Of a DNA stretch of 64,000 nucleotides, positions 45,801 to 57,800 are shown one piece after another; position 1 is the first letter of the stretch, and every line of letters starts with the position of its first letter. The stretch is from Eledone cirrhosa (taxonomy: Eukaryota): the NCBI GenBank assembly GCA_964016885.1, contig OZ024744.1:4712001-4776000 (forward strand), written 5' to 3'. Under the pieces are notes generated by a model. It saw only the letters and a list, made by a program, of their open reading frames with translations. It was not told the origin of the DNA and did not search any database. The position numbers and the translations under genes were made by a program.

Positions 45801-48800
45801 GGTGTTGGTAGCAGAATCTATCTTGGTAGACAGTGGTGTTGGTCGCAGAGGTCTATCTTGGTAGACAGTGAGGTTGGTAGCAGAGGTCTATCTTGGTAGA
45901 CAGTGGTGTTGGTAGCAGAGGTCTATCTTGGTAGACAGTGATGTTGGTAGAAGAGGTCTATGTTGGTAGAAAGTGAGGTTGGTAGCAGAGGTCTATCTTG
46001 GTAGACAGTGGTGTTGGTAGCAGAGGTTTATATTGGTAGACAGTGGTGTTGGTAGCAGAGGTCTATCTTGGTAGACATTGAGGTTGGTAGCAGAGGTCTA
46101 TGTTGGTAGACAGTGGTGTTGGTAGCAGAGGTCTATGTTGGTAGACAGTGGTGTTGGTAGCAGAGGTCTATCTTGGTAGACAGTGGTGTTGGTAGCAGAG
46201 GTCTATCTTGGTAGACAGTGGTGTTGGTAGCAGAGATCTATCTTGGTAGACAGTAGTGTTGGTAGCAGAGGTCTATGTTGGTAGACAGTGGTGTTTGTAG
46301 CAGAGGTCTATGTTGGTAGACAGTGGTGTTGGAAGCAGAGGTCTATCTTAGTAGACAGTGGTGTTGGTACAGAGGTCTATGTTGGTAGACAGTGAGGTTG
46401 GTAGCAGAGGTCTATATTGGTAGACAGTGAGGTTGGTAGCAGAGGTCTATCTTGGTAGACAGTGAGGTTGGTAGCAGAGCTCTATCTTGGTAGACAGTGG
46501 TGTTGGTAGCAGAGGTCTATCTTGGTAGACAGTGGTGTTGGTAGCAGAGGTTTATCTTGGTAGACAGTGGTGTTGGTAGCAGAGGTCTATGTTGGTAGAC
46601 AGTGGTGTTGGTAGCAGAGGTATATCTTGGTAGGCAGGGGTGTTGGTAGCAGAGCTCTATCTTGGTAGACAGTGGTGTTGGTAGCAGAGGTCGTTCTTGG
46701 TAGACAGTGGTGTTGCTAGCAGAGGTCTATGTTGGTAGAAAGTGAGGTTGGTAGCTGAGGTCTATGTTGGTAGACAGTGGTGTTGGTAGCAGAAGTCTAT
46801 CTTGGTAGACAGTGAGGTTGGTAGCAGAGGTCTATCTTGGTAGACAGTGGAGTTGGTAGCAGAGGTCTATCTTGGTAGACAGTGGTGTTGGTAGCAGAGG
46901 TCTATCTTGGTAGACAGTGGTGTTGGTAGCAGAAGTCTATCTTGGTAGACAGTGGTGTTGGTAGCAGAGGTCTATCTTGGTAGACAGTGGTGTTGCTAGC
47001 AGAGGTCTATCTTGGTAGACAGTGGTGTTGGTAACAAAGGTCTATGTTGGTAGACAGTGAGGTTGGTAGCAGAGGTCTATCTTGGTAGACAGTGAGGGTG
47101 GTTGCAGAGGTCTATCTTGGTAGACAGTGGTGTTGGTAGCAGAGGTCTATCTTGGTAGACAGTGAGGTTGGTATCAGAGGTCTATCTTGGTAGACAGTGA
47201 GGTTGGTAGCAGAGGTCTATGTTGGTAGACAGTGGTGTTGGTAGCATAGGTCTATCTTGGTAGACAGTGGTGTTGGTAGCAGAGGTCTATGTTGGTAGAC
47301 AGTGGTGTTGGTAGTAGAGGTCTATCTTGGTAGACAGTGGTGTTGGTACAGAGGTCTATGTTGGTAGACAGTGAGGTTGGTAGCAGAGGTCTATATTGGT
47401 AGACAGTGAGGTTGGTAGCAGAGGTCTATCTTGGTAGACAGTGAGGTTGGTAGCAGAGCTCTATCTTGGTAGACAGTGGTGTTGGTAGCAGAGGTCTATC
47501 TTGGTAGACAGTGGTGTTGGTAGCAGAGGTTTATCTTGGTAGACAGTGGTGTTGGTAGCAGAGGTCTATGTTGGTAGACAGTGGTGTTGGTAGCAGAGGT
47601 ATATCTTGGTAGGCAGTGGTGTTGGTAGCAGAGCTCTATCTTGGTAGACAGTGGTGTTGGTAGCAGAGGTCTATCTTGGTAGACAGTGGTGTTGGTAGCA
47701 GAAGTCTATCTTGGCAGACAGTGGTGTTGGTAGCAGAGGTCTATCTTGGTAGACAGTGGTGTTGCTAGCAGAGGTCTATCTTGGTAGACAGTGGTGTTGG
47801 TAGCAAAGGTCTATGTTGGTAGACAGTGAGGTTGGTAGCAGCGGTCTATCTTGGTAGACAGTGAGGGTGGTTGCAGAGGTCTATCTTGGTAGACAGTGGT
47901 GTTGGTAGCAGAGGTCTATCTTGGTAGACAGTGAGGTTGGTATCAGAGGTCTATCTTGGTAGACAGTGAGGTTGGTAGCAGAGGTCTATGTTGGTAGACA
48001 GTGGTGTTGGTAGCATAGGTCTATCTTGGTAGACAGTGGTGTTGGTAGCAGAGGTCTATGTTGGTAGACAGTGGTGTTGGTAGTAGAGGTCTATCTTGGT
48101 AGACAGTGGTGTTGGTAGCAGATGTCTATCTTGGTAGACAGTGGTGTTGGTAGCAGAGGTCTATCTTGGTAGACAGTGGTGTTGGTAGCAGATATCTATC
48201 TTGGTAGACAGTGGTGTTGGTAGCAGAGGTCTATGTTGGTAGACAGTGGTGTTGGTAGCAGAGGTCTATCTTGGTAGTCAGTGGTGTTGGTAGCAGAGGT
48301 CTATCTTGGTAGACAGTGGTGTTGGTAGCAGAGGTCTATGTTGGTAGACAGTGAGGTTGGTAGCAAAGGTCTATCTAGGTAGACAGTGGTGTTGGTAGCA
48401 GAGGTCTATGTTGGTAGACAGTGGTGTTGGTAGCAGAGGTCTATCTTGGTAGATAGTGAGGTTGGTAGTAGAGGTCTATGTTGGTAGACATTGGTGTTGG
48501 TAGCAGAGTTCTATCTTGGTAGACAGTGGTGTTGGTAGCAGAGGTCTATGTTGGTAAACAGTGGTGTTGGTAATAGAGGTCTATCTTGGTAGACAGTGGT
48601 GTTGGTAGCAGATGTCTATCTTGGTAGACAGTGGTGTTGGTAGCAGAGGTCTATCTTGGTAGACAGTGGTGTTGGTAGGAGAGGTCTATCTTGGTAGACA
48701 GTGGTGTTGGTAGCAGAGGTCTATCTTGGTAGAAAGTGGTGTTGGTAGGAGAGGTCTATCTTGGTAGACAGTGGTGTTGGTAGCAGAGGTCTATCTTGGT

Positions 48801-51800
48801 AGACAGTGGTGTTGGTAGCAGAGGTCTATATTGGTAGACAGTGGTGTTGGTAGCAGATGTCTATCTTGGTAGACAGTGGTGTTGGTAGCAGAGGTCTATC
48901 TTGGTAGACAGTGGTGGTGGTAGCAGAGGTCTATCTTGTTAGACAGTGTTGTTGGTAGCAGAGGTCTATCTTACTAGACAGTGGTGTTGGTAGCAGAGGT
49001 CTATCCTGGTAGACAGTGGTGTTGGTAGCAGAGGTCTATCTTGGTAGACAGTAGTGTTGGTAGCAGAGGTCTATCTTGGTAGACAGTGGTGTTGGTAGCT
49101 GAGGTCTAACTTGGTAGACAGTGGTGTTGGTAGCAGAGGTCTATCTTAGTAGACAGTGGTTTGGTAGCAGAGGTCTACCTTGGTAGACAGTGGTGTCGGT
49201 AGCAGAGCTCTATCCTGGTAGACAGTGGTGTTGGTAGCAGAGGTCTATCTTGGTAGACAGTGAGGTTGGTAGCAGAGGTCTATGTTGGTAGACAGTGGTG
49301 TCGGTAGCAGAGCTCTATCTTGGTAGACAGTGGTGTTGGTAGCAGAAGTGTATCATGGTAGACAGTTAGGTTGGGAGCAGAGGTCTATGTTGGTAGACAG
49401 TGGTGTTGGTAGCAGAGGTCTATCTTGGTAGACAGTGGTGTTGGTAGCAGAGGTTTATCTTGGTAGACAGTGGTGTTGGTAGCAGAGGTCTATGTTGGTA
49501 GACAGTGGTGTTGGTAGCAGAGGTATATCTTGGTAGGCAGTGGTGTTGGTAGCAGAGCTCTATCTTGGTAGACAGTGGTGTTGGTAGCAGAGGTCTATGT
49601 TGGTAGAAAGTGAGGTTGGTAGCAGAGGTCTATCTTGGTAGACAGTGAGGGTGGTAGCAGAGGTCTATCTTGGTAGACAGAGGTGTTGGTAGCAGATGTC
49701 TATCTTGGTAGACAGTGAGGTTGGTATCAGAGGTCTATCTTGGTAGACAGTGAGGTTGGTAGCAGAGGTCTATGTTGGTAGACAGTGGTGTTGGTAGCAT
49801 AGGTCTATCTTGGTAGACAGTGGTGTTGGTAGCAGAGGTCTATGTTGGTAGACAGTGGTGTTGGTAGTAGAGGTCTATCTTGGTAGACAGTGGTGTTGGT
49901 AGCAGATGTCTATCTTGGTAGACAGTGGTGTTGGTAGCAGAGGTCTATCTTGGTAGACAGTGGTGTTGGTAGCAAATATCTATCTTGGTAGACAGTGTTG
50001 TTGGTAGCAGAGGTCTATGTTGGTAGACAGTGGTGTTGGTAGTAGAGGTCTATCTTGGTAGACAGTGGTGTTGGTAGGAGATGTCTATCTTGGTAGACAG
50101 TGGTGTTGGTAGCAGAGGTCTATCTTGGTAGACAGTGGTGTTGGTAGCAGAGGTTAATCTTGGTAGACAGTGGTGTTGGTAGCAGAGGTCTATCTTGGTA
50201 GACAGTGGTGTTGGTAGCAGAGGTCTATCTTGCTAGACAGTGGTGTTGGTAGCAGAGGTCTATCTTGGTAGACAGTGGTGTTGGTAGCAGAGGTCTATGT
50301 TGGTAGAAAGTGAGGTTGGTAGCAGAGGTCTATGTTGGTAGACAGTGGTGTTGGTAGCAGAGGTCTATCTTGGTAGACAGTGGTGTTGGTAGAAGAGGTC
50401 TATGTTGGTAGACAGTGAGGTTGGTAGCAGAGGTCTATCTTGGCAGACAGTGAGGTTGGTAGCAGAGGTCTATCTTGGTAGACAGTGGTGTTGGTAGCAG
50501 AGGTCTATCTTGGTAGACAGTGTGGTTGGTAGCAGATGTCTATCTTGGTAGACAGTGGTGTTGGTAGCAGAGATCTATCTTGGTAGACAGTGAGGTTGGT
50601 AGCAGAGGTCTATCTTGGTAGACAGTGGTGTTGGTAGCAGAGGTCTATCTTGGTAGACAGTGGTGTTGGTAGCAGAGGTCTATGTTGGTAGACAGTGGTG
50701 TTGATAGCAGAGGTTAATCTTGGTAGACAGTGGTGTTGGTAGCAGAGGTCTATCTTGGTAGACAGTGGTGTTGGTAGCAGAGGTCTATCTTGGTAGACAG
50801 TGGTGTTGGTAGCAGAGGTCTATGTTGGTAGACAGTGGTGTTTGTAGCAGAGGACTATGTTGGTAGACAGTGGTGTTGGTAGCAGAGGTCTATCTTGGTA
50901 GACATTGAGGTTGGTAGCAGAGGTCTATCTTGGTAGACAGTGGTGTTGGTAGCAGAGATCTATGTTGGTAGACAGTGGTGTTGGTAGCAGAGGTCTATCT
51001 TAGTAGACAGTGGTGTTGGTAGCAGAGGTTTATCTTGGTAGACAGTGAAGTTGGTAGCAGAGGTCTATCTTGGTAGACAGTGAGGTTGGTAGCAGAGGTC
51101 TATCTTGGTAGACAGTGGTGTTGGTAGCAGAGGTCTATCTTGGTAGACAGTGAGGTTGGTAACAGATATCTATCTTGGTAGACATTGGTGTTCGTAGCAG
51201 AGGTCTATGTTGGTAGACAGTGGTGTTGGTAGCAAAGGTCTATCTTGGTAGTCAGTGGTGTTGGTAGCAGAGGTCTATCTTGGTAGACAGTGGTGTTGGT
51301 AGCAGAGGTCTATCTTGGTAGACAGTGGTGTTGGTAGCAGAGGTCTATGTTGGTAGACAGTGAGGTTGCTAGCAGAGGTCTATCTTGGTAGACAGTGGTG
51401 TTGGTAGCAGAGGTCTATCTTGGTAGACAGTGGTGTTGGTAGAAGAGGTCTATGTTGGTAGATAGTGAGGTTGGTAGCAGAGGTCTATCTTGGCAGACAG
51501 TGAGGTTGGTAGCAGAGGTCTATCTTGGTAGACAGTGGTGTTGGTAGCAGAGGTCTATCTTGGTAGACAGTGAGGTTGGTAGCAGATGTCTATCTTGGTA
51601 GACAGTGGTGTTGGTAGCAGAGATCTATCTTGGTAGACAGTGAGGTTGGTAGCAGAGGTCTATCTTGGTAGACAGTGGTGTTGGTAGCATAGGTCTATCT
51701 TGGTAGACAGTGGTGTTGGTAGCAGAGGTCTATGTTGGTAGACAGTGGTGTTGATAGCAGAGGTTAATCTTGGTAGACAGTGGTGTTGGTAGCAGAGGTC

Positions 51801-54800
51801 TATCTTGGTAGACAGTGGTGTTGGTAGCAGAGGTCTATCTTGGTAGACAGTGGTGTTGGTAGCAGAGGTCTATGTTGGTAGACAGTGGTGTTTGTAGCAG
51901 AGGACTATGTTGGTAGACAGTGGTGTTGGTAGCAGAGGTCTATCTTGGTAGACATTGAGGTTGGTAGCAGAGGTCTATCTTGGTAGACAGTGGTGTTGGT
52001 AGCAGAGATCTATGTTGGTAGACAGTGGTGTTGGTAGCAGAGGTCTATCTTAGTAGACAGTGGTGTTGGTAGCAGAGGTCTATCTTGGTAGACAGTGAAG
52101 TTGGTAGCAGAGGTCTATCTTGGTAGACAGTGAGGTTGGTAGCAGAGGTCTATCTTGGTAGACAGTGGTGTTGGTAGCAGAGGTCTATCTTGGTAGACAG
52201 TGAGGTTGGTAACAGAGGTCTATCTTGGTAGACAGTGGTGTTGTAGCAGAGGTCTATCTCGGTAGACAGTGAGGTTGGTAGCAGAGGTCTATGCTGGTAG
52301 ACAGTGGTGTTGGTAGCAGAGGTCTATCTTGGTAGACAGTGGTGTTGGTAGCAGAGGTCTATCTTGGTAGACAGTGGTGTTGGTAGCAGAGGTCTATGTT
52401 TGTAGACAGTGAGGTTGCTAGCAGAGGTCTATCTTGGTAGACAGTGGTGTTGGTAGCAGAGGTCTATCTTGGTAGACAGTGAGGTTGGTATCAGAGGTCT
52501 ATTATGGTAGACAGTGGTGTTGGTAGCAGAGGTCTATGTTGGTAGACAGTGGTGTTGGTAGCAGAGGTCTATCTTGGTAGATAGTGAGGTTGGTAGTAGA
52601 GGTCTATGTTGGTAGACATTGGTGTTGGTAGCAGGGTTCTATCTTGGTAGACAGTGGTGTTGGTAGCAGAGGTCTATGTTGGTAGACAGTGGTGTTGGTG
52701 ATAGAGGTCTATCTTGGTAGACAGTGGTGTTGGTAGCAGATGTCTATCTTGGTAGACAGTGGTGTTGGTAGCAGAGGTCTAGCTTGGTAGACAGCGGTGT
52801 TGGTAGCAGAGGTCGATCTTGGTAGACAGTGGTGTTGGTAGCAGAGGTCTATCTTGGTAGACAGTGGTGTTGGTAGCAGATGTCTATCTTGGTAGACAGT
52901 GGTGTTGGTAGCAGAGATATATCTTGGTAGACAGTGGTGTTGGTAGCAGAGGTCGATCTTGGTAGACAGTGGTGTTGGTAGCAGAGGTCGATCTTGGTAG
53001 ACAGTGGTGTTGGTAGCAGAGGTCTATCTTGGTAGACAGTGGTGTTGGTAGCAGAGGTCTATGTTGGTAGACAGTGGTGTTGGTAGCAGAGGTATATCTT
53101 GGTAGGCAGTGGTGTTGGTAGCAGAGCTCTATCTTGGTAGACAGTGGTGTTGGTAGCAGAGGTCTATCTTGGTAGACAGTGGTGTTGGTAGCAGAGGTCT
53201 TTCTTGGTAGACAGTGGTGTTGGTAGCAGAGGTCTATGTTGGTAGAAAGTGAGGTTGGTAGCAGAGGTCTATCTTGGTAGAAAGTGGTGTTGGTAGGAGA
53301 GGTCTATCTTGGTAGACAGTGGTGTTGGTAACAGAGGTCTATCTTGGTAGACAGTGATGTTGGTAGCAGAGGTCTATATTGGTAGACAGTGGTGTTGGTA
53401 GCAGATGTCTATCTTGGTAGACAGTGGTGTTGGTAGCAGAGGTCTATCTTGGTAGACAGTGGTGGTGGTAGCAGAGATCTATCTTGTTAGACAGTGTTGT
53501 TGGTAGCAGAGGTCTATCTTAGTAGACAGTGGTGTTGGTAGCAGAGGTCTATCCTGGTAGACAGTGGTGTTGGTAGCAGAGGTCTATCTTGGTAGACAGT
53601 AGTGTTGGTAGCAGAGGTCTATCTTGGTAGACAGTGGTGTTGGTAGCTGAGGTCTAACTTGGTAGACAGTGGTGTTGGTAGCAGAGGTCTATCTTAGTAG
53701 ACAGTGGTGTTGGTAGCAGAGGTCTACCTTGGTAGACAGTGGTGTCGGTAGCAGAGCTCTATCCTGGTAGACAGTGGTGTTGGTAGCAGAGGTCTATCTT
53801 GGTAGACAGTGAGGTTGGTAGCAGAGGTCTATGTTGGTAGACAGTGGTGTCGGTAGCAGAGCTCTATCTTGGTAGACAGTGGTGTTGGTAGCAGAAGTCT
53901 ATCTTGGTAGACAGTGAGGTTGGGAGCAGAGGTCTATGTTGGTAGACAGTGGTGTTGGTAGCAGAGGTCTATGTTGGTAGACAGTGGTGTTGGTAGCAGA
54001 GGTTAATCTTGGTAGACAGTGGTGTTGGTAGCAGAGGTCTATCTTGGTAGACAGTGGTGTTGGTAGCAGAGATGTATCTTGGTAGACAGTAGTGTTGGTA
54101 GCAGGGGTCTATGTTGGTAGACAGTGGTGTTTGTAGCAGAGGTCTATGTTGGTAGACAGTGGTGTTGGAAGCAGAGGTCTATCTTAGTAGACAGTGGTGT
54201 TGGTACAGAGGTCTATGTTGGTAGACAGTGAGGTTGGTAGCAGAGGTCTATATTGGTAGACAGTGAGGTTGGTAGCAGAGGTCTATCTTGGTAGACAGTG
54301 AGGTTGGTAGCAGAGCTCTATCTTGGTAGACAGTGGTGTTGGTAGCAGAGGTCTATCTTGGTAGACAGTGGTGTTGGTAGCAGAGGTTTATCTTGGTAGA
54401 CAGTGGTGTTGGTAGCAGAGGTATATCTTGGTAGGCAGTGGTGTTGGTAGCAGAGCTCTATCTTGGTAGACAGTGGTGTTGGTAGCAGAAGTCTATCTTG
54501 GTAGACAGTGGTGTTGGTAGCAGAGGTCTATCTTGGTAGACAGTGGTGTTGCTAGCAGAGGTCTATCTTGGTAGACAGTGGTGTTGGTAGCAAAGGTCTA
54601 TGTTGGTAGACAGTGAGGTTGGTAGCAGCGGTCTATCTTGGTAGACAGTGGTGTTGGTAGCAGAGGTCTATGTTGGTAGACAGTGGTGTTGGTAGCAGAG
54701 GTATATCTTGGTAGGCAGTGGTGTTGGTAGCAGAGCTCTATCTTGGTAGACAGTGGTGTTGGTAGCAGAGGTCTATCTTGGTAGACAGTGGTGTTGGTAG

Positions 54801-57800
54801 CAGAAGTCTATCTTGGTAGACAGTGGTGTTGGTTGCAGAGGTCTATCTTGGTAGACAGTGGTGTTGGTAGCAGAGGTCTATGTTTGTAGACAGTGAGGTT
54901 GGTAGCAGAGGTCTATGCTGGTAGACAGTGGTGTTGGTAGCAGAGGTCTATCTTGGTAGACAGTGGTGTTGGTAGCAGAGGTCTATCTTGGTAGACAGTG
55001 GTGTTGGTAGCAGAGGTCTATGTTTGTAGACAGTGAGGTTGCTAGCAGAGGTCTATCTTGGTAGACAGTGGTGTTGGTAGCAGAGGTCTATCTTGGTAGA
55101 CAGTGAGGTTGGTATCAGAGGTCTATCTTGGTAGACAGTGGTGTTGGTAGCAGAGGTCTATGTTGGTAGACAGTGGTGTTGGTAGCAGAGGTCTATCTTG
55201 GTAGATAGTGAGGTTGGTAGTAGAGGTCTATGTTGGTAGACATTGGTGTTGGTAGCAGGGTTCTAACTTGGTAGACAGTGGTGTTGGTAGCAGAGGTCTA
55301 TGTTGGTAGACAGTGGTGTTGGTGATAGAGGTCTATCTTGGTAGACAGTGGTGTTGGTAGCAGATGTCTATCTTGGTAGACAGTGGTGTTGGTAGCAGAG
55401 GTCTAGCTTGGTAGACAGTGGTGTTGGTAGCAGAGGTCGATCTTGGTAGACAGTGGTGTTGGTAGCAGAGGTCTATCTTGGTAGACAGTGGTGTTGGTAG
55501 CAGATGTCTATCTTGGTAGACAGTGGTGTTGGTAGCAGAGATATATCTTGGTAGACAGTGGTGTTGGTAGCAGAGGTCGATCTTGGTAGACAGTGGTGTT
55601 GGTAGCAGAGGTCGATCTTGGTAGACAGTGGTGTTGGTAGCAGAGGTCTATCTTGGTAGACAGTGGTGTTGGTAGCAGAGGTCTATGTTGGTAGACAGTG
55701 GTGTTGGTAGCAGAGGTATATCTTGGTAGGCAGTGGTGTTGGTAGCAGAGCTCTATCTTGGTAGACAGTGGTGTTGGTAGCAGAGGTCTATCTTGGTAGA
55801 CAGTGGTGTTGGTAGCAGAGGTCTTTCTTGGTAGACAGTGGTGTTGGTAGCAGAGGTCTATGTTGGTAGAAAGTGAGGTTGGTAGCAGAGGTCTATCTTG
55901 GTAGAAAGTGGTGTTGGTAGGAGAGGTCTATCTTGGTAGACAGTGGTGTTGGTAACAGAGGTCTATCTTGGTAGACAGTGATGTTGGTAGCAGAGGTCTA
56001 TATTGGTAGACAGTGGTGTTGGTAGCAGATGTCTATCTTGGTAGACAGTGGTGTTGGTAGCAGAGGTCTATCTTGGTAGACAGTGGTGGTGGTAGCAGAG
56101 GTCTATCTTGTTAGACAGTGTTGTTGGTAGCAGAGGTCTATCTTAGTAGACAGTGGTGTTGGTAGCAGAGGTCTATCCTGGTAGACAGTGGTGTTGGTAG
56201 CAGAGGTCTATCTTGGTAGACAGTAGTGTTGGTAGCAGAGGTCTATCTTGGTAGACAGTGGTGTTGGTAGCTGAGGTCTAACTTGGTAGACAGTGGTGTT
56301 GATAGCAGAGGTCTATCTTAGTAGACAGTGGTGTTGGTAGCAGAGGTCTACCTTGGTAGACAGTGGTGTCGGTAGCAGAGCTCTATCCTGGTAGACAGTG
56401 GTGTTGGTAGCAGAGGTCTATCTTGGTAGACAGTGAGGTTGGTAGCAGAGGTCTATGTTGGTGGACAGTGGTGTCGGTAGCAGAGCTCTATCTTGGTAGA
56501 CAGTGGTGTTGGTAGCAGAAGTCTATCTTGGTAGACAGTGAGGTTGGGAGCAGAGGTCTATGTTGGTAGACAGTGGTGTTGGTAGCAGAGGTCTATGTTG
56601 GTAGACAGTGGTGTTGGTAGCAGAGGTTAATCTTGGTAGACAGTGGTGTTGGTAGCAGAGGTCTATCTTGGTAGACAGTGGTGTTGGTAGCAGAGATGTA
56701 TCTTGGTAGACAGTAGTGTTGGTAGCAGGGGTCTATGTTGGTAGACAGTGGTGTTTGTAGCAGAGGTCTATGTTGGTAGACAGTGGTGTTGGAAGCAGAG
56801 GTCTATCTTAGTAGACAGTGGTGTTGGTACAGAGGTCTATGTTGGTAGACAGTGAGGTTGGTAGCAGAGGTCTATATTGGTAGACAGTGAGGTTGGTAGC
56901 AGAGGTCTATCTTGGTAGACAGTGAGGTTGGTAGCAGAGCTCTATCTTGGTAGACAGTGGTGTTGGTAGCAGAGGTCTATCTTGGTAGACAGTGGTGTTG
57001 GTAGCAGAGGTTTATCTTGGTAGACAGTGGTGTTGGTAGCAGAGGTCTATGTTGGTAGACAGTGGTGTTGGTAGCAGAGGTATATCTTGGTAGGCAGTGG
57101 TGTTGGTAGCAGAGCTCTATCTTGGTAGACAGTGGTGTTGGTAGCAGAAGTCTATCTTGGTAGACAGTGGTGTTGGTAGCAGAGGTCTATCTTGGTAGAC
57201 AGTGGTGTTGCTAGCAGAGGTCTATCTTGGTAGACAGTGGTGTTGGTAGCAAAGGTCTATGTTGGTAGACAGTGAGGTTGGTAGCAGCGGTCTATCTTGG
57301 TAGACAGTGGTGTTGGTAGCAGAGGTCTATGTTGGTAGACAGTGGTGTTGGTAGCAGAGGTATATCTTGGTAGGCAGTGGTGTTGGTAGCAGAGCTCTAT
57401 CTTGGTAGACAGTGGTGTTGGTAGCAGAGGTCTATCTTGGTAGACAGTGGTGTTGGTAGCAGAAGTCTATCTTGGTAGACAGTGGTGTTGGTTGCAGAGG
57501 TCTATCTTGGTAGACAGTGGTGTTGGTAGCAGAGGTCTATCTTGGTAGACAGTGAGGTTGGTATCAGAGGTCTATCTTGGTAGACAGTGAGGTTGGTAGC
57601 AGAGGTCTATGTTGGTAGACAGTGGTGTTGGTAGCATAGGTCTATCTTGGTAGACAGTGGTGTTGGTAGCAGAGGTCTATGTTGGTAGACAGTGGTGTTG
57701 GTAGTAGAGGTCTATCTTGGTAGACAGTGGTGTTGGTAGCAGATGTCTATCTTGGTAGACAGTGGTGTTGGTAGCAGAGGTCTATCTTGGTAGACAGTGG